The translations under genes and the position numbers were made by a program. A DNA stretch of 64,000 nucleotides from Nitrospiraceae bacterium. GTDB lineage: Bacteria; Nitrospirota; Thermodesulfovibrionia; UBA6902. The DNA lies in assembly GCA_020356065.1 (NCBI GenBank), contig CP070632.1, positions 141,262-205,261 on the forward strand, read 5' to 3'. Positions 62,071 to 64,000 of this stretch are shown in pieces (within the stretch, counting starts at the first letter, position 1; each line of letters opens with the position of its first letter). The notes under the pieces are model-generated. The model was given only the letters and a program-made list of their open reading frames with translations, did not search any database and was not told the origin of the DNA.

Positions 62071-62726
62071 TTCTGATCACACATATAACTGAAATCGGAC
62101 ATGATTAAATAAGGATTTCTGTAAATACTCAGCTTCTCGCCTAAAATGCCAAGTTGTGCGGTTTCTTCATGGTGATAGCTGCCTTCCAGTTCAAAAACCG
62201 CGTCACAGGCATGCTCGAATTCATTTATTTCATACAACAGGTGCGCCTTAATATATTTAAGTTCTGCTACGGCCTTGCGAATATCAGACGATTGGCTGCT
62301 CACATTGCTGACCAGCAGAGGATCAATTTTTTTGTCAAGGTACTCGATGGCAACCTCAGCCATCAATTCCAGGTCCTGCTCCATTTTATTTACTCTTAAA
62401 TAATGGGCTGTAATATAAAAAAACTCAATATTTTTTTTGGCTAAATGTAACACAACCTCATTATCGGTATTATTCAATATATCATTAATATTTAATGGAG
62501 GATTATAGGCACGAGACATAAGAATCATGGACTTATCTGTAGTGGTGGCTGAATAGTTACGCGCTAACAATGCCACAGGAATATCTTTAGCAGCAAGATT
62601 CCTCTGATATTGGTCTATGCTCCTGTCTGGTTTATCGTCCAGTAAGTAAGACCTGAACTGGTCGTGAGAGCAGCCCTGAAGTAACAAAAGCAGGGATACA
62701 TATATGAATATTATTATGTTTTTCAT
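62067..62726 (-). CDS. Hypothetical lipoprotein
   Basis: MKNIIIFIYVSLLLLLQGC lipobox; helical, TPR-like C-terminus. Confidence 0.8.
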   Translation of the reverse strand: MKNIIIFIYVSLLLLLQGCSHDQFRSYLLDDKPDRSIDQYQRNLAAKDIPVALLARNYSATTTDKSMILMSRAYNPPLNINDILNNTDNEVVLHLAKKNIEFFYITAHYLRVNKMEQDLELMAEVAIEYLDKKIDPLLVSNVSSQSSDIRKAVAELKYIKAHLLYEINEFEHACDAVFELEGSYHHEETAQLGILGEKLSIYRNPYLIMSDFSYMCDQK

Positions 62727-63133
62727 ATGGACCTGTTTTGTATTACGATTTCAACTCTTCGTTCTCTCTGTGCCCCGGAAATTCAGTGATGAATTTAAAA
62801 AAGATTTTGCAATAAATTAAATGATTACAATGACTTATAATCACGACCCGACATAATATTAAAGTATATGAAATAAAAAAGAATCTTTTCAACTGTTCTA
62901 TGACCGTATAAATAAAATGTATAAAAAGATGTCTAAGAATAGTTATAATTCGTTTTTCATTTTATTCAATTGGTCAGGCAGATCAGGTTTTTTATTTGGC
63001 CCTCACAATTTTTCAAATAAAGCGGTCCATAATATGAGAAAATATAAGGACTTAGACAGTATACGACACTTATGATTATGAATTAAAATTATGAAAAACT
63101 GTGATACCCGCTTAACTATATTATCATAATATC

Positions 63134-63394
63134 ATGTATTTTGATCTGATACAAAAAAAATTTCTGATAGTCGATGAATTTAGCCAGTTTGAGGCTGACA
63201 GTAAAAAAATGATTGAATCAATGGGGGTGCATCAGGTCGACGGAGTCAAGAGCGGTGAGTGCGCAATTCAGCAGATGCAGGAGAATGCGTATGATGTTAT
63301 TTTATGCGTTTACAATCTCGGCCAGGGTAAAAAAGACGGTCAGCAGATGATCGAGAAGTTTAATATCTTAATCTTTTTACATATTCAACCATAA
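63134..63394 (+). pseudogene. Truncated response-regulator receiver fragment
   Basis: FLIVDEF...YDVILCVYNLGQGKKDGQQ; expected phospho-Asp appears as Val; similarity ends abruptly. Confidence 0.6.
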
Positions 63395-63539
63395 TCCTGG
63401 TCGGGATAAAGTACCCCATATACTACCATTCGGAGTTCAATAAAGACCCTTATCATTTCCATCGCCTCACCCATCACCTATTACTTTTCTTTTCCTGAAT
63501 ATGACAATGTTGTCTCTTTTTTCTGTTATACTACTTTGC

Positions 63540-64000
63540 ATGAATACCATTTCTCTAGGCTATTCCCCCTGCCCTAACGATACGTTCATCTTCTATGCAA
63601 TGACTCATAATAAAATTAACACAGGTGAGTTACATTTTGATCAGGTCCTGCTTGATGTGGAAACACTCAACCAGAAGGCATTGAAGGCTGAACTTGACGT
63701 CACCAAAATCTCCTATGCGGCATTAGGCCATCTGCTTGAAGATTATTGTCTGATCAGATCAGGAGGGGCCCTTGGTCGCGGATGCGGTCCTTTGGTCGTG
63801 ACCAGACATCCTTATGGGGTGAAAGATCTCAGAGAAAAAAAGGTGGCTGTTCCCGGCAAACTGACCACTGCCTTTCTCCTGCTTCAGCTGTATGATTCCT
63901 GTTTTATAACGTCTGACATTATTTCCATGCCGTTTCATGAAATAATGGAAGCTGTTGCGAACAATAAAGTGGATGCCGGGGTTATTATCCATGAGAGCCG
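63540..64000 (+). CDS. mqnD: 1,4-dihydroxy-6-naphthoate synthase (futalosine pathway), 3' truncated; not in ORF track
   Basis: MNTISLGYSPCPNDTFIFYAM...DVETLN...KIS...GGALGRGCGPLV...VPGKLTTA...IIHESR; TGtTATACT 7 nt before ATG. Confidence 0.92.
   Translation, partial: MNTISLGYSPCPNDTFIFYAMTHNKINTGELHFDQVLLDVETLNQKALKAELDVTKISYAALGHLLEDYCLIRSGGALGRGCGPLVVTRHPYGVKDLREKKVAVPGKLTTAFLLLQLYDSCFITSDIISMPFHEIMEAVANNKVDAGVIIHES

Overview
About 64 kb of AT-rich bacterial chromosome. Gene order and content (yicC-remA-gmk-rpoZ-coaBC-aroQ-pepP-efp-accB-accC-thiE; rpiB-glyA-nrdR; lpxC; mqnD; rplM-rpsI-argC-argJ) suggest a diderm, probably Nitrospirota (Thermodesulfovibrionia-like); the taxon is an inference. 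Most of the window is housekeeping. Reading beyond the supplied ORF track reveals: (1) a 61-aa CxxC-UGA-CxxC selenoprotein candidate with a strong RBS and a well-placed SECIS hairpin (52584-52769, -); (2) a 43-aa histone-H1-like (KKKxx)n peptide apparently co-transcribed with a wHTH/degenerate nucleotidyltransferase gene; (3) two further small ORFs (a 51-aa 4-Cys peptide and a 59-aa protein); (4) an uncharacterised operon of lipoprotein, TonB/TolA-like protein with an unusual Cys4 C-terminal domain and large exported protein; (5) a 7TM kinase / pseudokinase / HD-GYP signalling triad; (6) recurrent leaderless promoters and three sigma54-type sites; (7) a cereblon-like gene coupled to coaE; and (8) a decaying three-pseudogene patch. 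No rRNA, tRNA, CRISPR array or transposase was recognised.
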